Shown here piece by piece: positions 63,834-64,000 of a DNA stretch of 64,000 nt (position 1 is its first letter; the number at the start of each line of letters is the position of its first letter). The notes beneath the pieces are model-generated. The model worked only from the letters and a program-made list of their open reading frames with translations, was not told where the DNA came from and ran no database searches. This stretch comes from an uncultured Acidobacteriota bacterium (GTDB taxonomy: Bacteria; Acidobacteriota; UBA6911): the NCBI GenBank assembly GCA_964474425.1, contig CAYYTC010000002.1:39859-103858 (forward strand), given 5' to 3'. The translations under genes and the position numbers were made by a program.

Positions 63834-64000
63834 TCATTGTCTATTGAAGAGTATCAACCCCACGTACGCTACCGTGTTTTTCCCATGGTAAATGGGGATG
63901 CCGGCACTTTTCTCCATTGCGATAACATTCATGCCGTACGCTTCAACGGACGAAACCGCCTGGTCCGGATGGCGGCAGGGTTCTCCGTCGAGGTATGCGC
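63834..64000 (-). CDS. C-terminal end of a gene that starts beyond the window
   Basis: The minus frame is open from the window edge and reads ...AYLDGEPCRHPDQAVSSVEAYGMNVIAMEKSAGIPIYHGKNTVAYVGLILFNRQ*, with TGA at 63834-63836. Function unknown. Confidence 0.4.
   Translation of the reverse strand, partial: AYLDGEPCRHPDQAVSSVEAYGMNVIAMEKSAGIPIYHGKNTVAYVGLILFNRQ

Noticed and set aside
1-64000. Searched for mobile-element genes, CRISPR arrays, rRNA and tRNA genes
   Set aside because: No transposase, integrase or recombinase-like ORF was found. No repeat-spacer architecture is present; the tandem repeats are contiguous 7-, 8- and 14-mers without spacers. No T-loop-like GGTTCGAATCC contexts or rRNA-like segments were seen by eye. 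A tRNAscan or Rfam run would be needed to be definitive.

Overview
This is a 64-kb chromosomal window from a GC-rich bacterium whose gene content looks anaerobic. Lineage cannot be fixed from the sequence; secreted TPR proteins, a fused membrane/spermidine-synthase protein and selenocysteine use would fit Acidobacteriota- or Desulfobacterota-like organisms. I call about 55 protein-coding genes. I saw no rRNA, tRNA, CRISPR array, transposase or integrase. Main blocks, in order:
- 1-9.1 kb: secreted and TPR proteins, a flavoprotein disulfide reductase, a 12S-type carboxyltransferase with a free biotin carrier, and a MATE pump.
- 9.3-29.6 kb: a catabolic patchwork with 2-oxoacid dehydrogenase E1 alpha/beta, three kinds of CoA-transferase, a nitroreductase, an amidohydrolase, two Ldh_2 dehydrogenases, an alcohol dehydrogenase (ADH), a cupin/unknown/creatininase cassette and an IclR regulator. 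It is interspersed with at least five truncated gene relics.
- 30.5-38.5 kb: FtsH, a transglutaminase-like protein, and a GAF/sigma-54 activator next to a near-consensus -24/-12 promoter driving a STAS protein gene.
- 39.8-44.4 kb: a large P-loop NTPase followed by two MscS-type channels.
- 45.0-50.9 kb: a biotin-dependent carboxylase bracketed by two UPF0261 (Tm-1-like) genes.
- 51-64 kb: a membrane spermidine-synthase-like protein, an EF-G paralogue, split methionine-synthase modules, a TOBE protein and a REC-PAS-GGDEF-EAL regulator.

The most interesting observations are these:
1. The flavoprotein at 3919-5253 has an in-frame UGA exactly at the catalytic Cys position, with a SECIS-like hairpin just downstream. 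It is a predicted selenoprotein that the ORF track truncates.
2. The UPF0261 / carboxyltransferase-BCCP / biotin carboxylase / UPF0261 operon has a carboxyltransferase with Glu where the metal-bridging carbamyl-Lys normally sits.
3. The 2.5-kb NTPase gene is tightly coupled to an MscS-like channel gene.
4. A roughly 250-nt interspersed repeat family has three same-orientation copies, each starting 70-90 nt after a plus-strand stop codon.
5. Two paralogous promoter regions share 15-bp TTYC-N7-RGAA operator-like dyads, probably belonging to the local IclR regulator.

Many long ORFs in the track are antisense artefacts of high GC content and were rejected.
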